NCBI GenBank assembly: GCA_973895155.1
Contig: OZ316896.1
Span: forward strand, 3,448,738-3,512,737
Reading direction: 5' to 3'
Length of the DNA: 64,000 bases
Origin: Marsupella aquatica
Lineage: Eukaryota > Plantae > Marchantiophyta
In this document: piece by piece, positions 63,281 through 64,000 of the stretch
Layout: every line of letters starts with the position of its first letter
Position numbering within the stretch: position 1 is the stretch's first letter
The notes under the pieces: model-generated
Databases searched by the model: none
The model's input: only the letters and a program-made list of their open reading frames with translations
Told to the model about the DNA's origin: nothing
Made by a program: the position numbers and the translations under genes

Positions 63281-64000
63281 TAGACTCCCCTGATGTCGAT
63301 TTCTCTGTCTTACCCTTCCGTGCTCTAACTCCTTGATCATTTCTTCGTCCTTATTTCTAGATTGGTTACACGACTTTCAGATCCAGCAGACAGAATTTCA
63401 CGACCCAAATCCGATTCGTCTGACGACAATTGAAGTCTTACATGCATTGTTTGGGTCGCAGGGAGGGGTTAGGTCTGTAGAGATAGGTACGTACTGTGCT
63501 TAGAAAATATTCCTGCTCAAAACAATGTCAAGATGCGGGCGGTTCCGGAGAACGCTAGCTTAAGTTACGAAGCATGACAATTATGAACCTGTCATTGACA
63601 AAGAATTCTTCTATCGACCAAATTGACAGTAGTTAATATGGTCGATATGCTTAAACTTCCGAGATGTACTGGAGAGAAATTGCTTCCGGAGACTTCAAAT
63701 TGTGCTCTATGAACAGTCAACCAATTGAACGCAATCCATCCTGCACGACATCCTCTGTAACTTCACATCTTTGGACCAAATTTGTGCTCTCAATTACAGT
63801 TACCAGCAAAGACATTTTTAGAATTTTTGGATTTACTGTCAACTGTTCGGTGTGAAGTGGCTGTTAACCAACCAGTTTCCTTTCAATGGTTCATCCACTG
63901 TGGAGCTGAATTACAACGAGCTCCTATAATGCGCGCACACTCAAAGAGACGTCATATCTCACGTACTGCAACTCCGATGGTCATGGCTTTACAGCTGTAC

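Overview
Eukaryotic, land-plant DNA (bryophyte/liverwort-like by gene content, spliceosomal introns and TE lineages; this is inference). Bases 1-42 k are a nest of transposons. (i) The tail of an element with a beta-class DNA-methyltransferase-like ORF and an FCP1-type HAD ORF, interrupted by a young Bianca-like copia (1122-6914; identical LTRs, TSD AGCTT). (ii) A decayed PIF/Harbinger that appears to host a complete CACTA element (10056-19865) and a second copia (21639-41573). The CACTA carries a SET-domain exon inside its transposase gene. (iii) The second copia itself holds a MITE, a SINE, a solo LTR and a 12.7-kb TIR element (27909-40599). That element encodes a Sola-like/DUF7869-type transposase, a convergent spliced ParB-like + N6/N4 DNA methyltransferase + Ulp1 protease gene and an F-box-like ORF. 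It also carries about 20 copies of a GGGATMC-N2/3-GKATCCC palindrome. Bases 44-63 k form a ~5-kb inverted duplication with two near-identical STIG1-like genes. Its spacer holds a copia with TG...TA LTRs and a germin-like gene. The top candidates for a new system are the methyltransferase/ParB/SUMO-protease transposon with its palindrome array and the SET-carrying CACTA.
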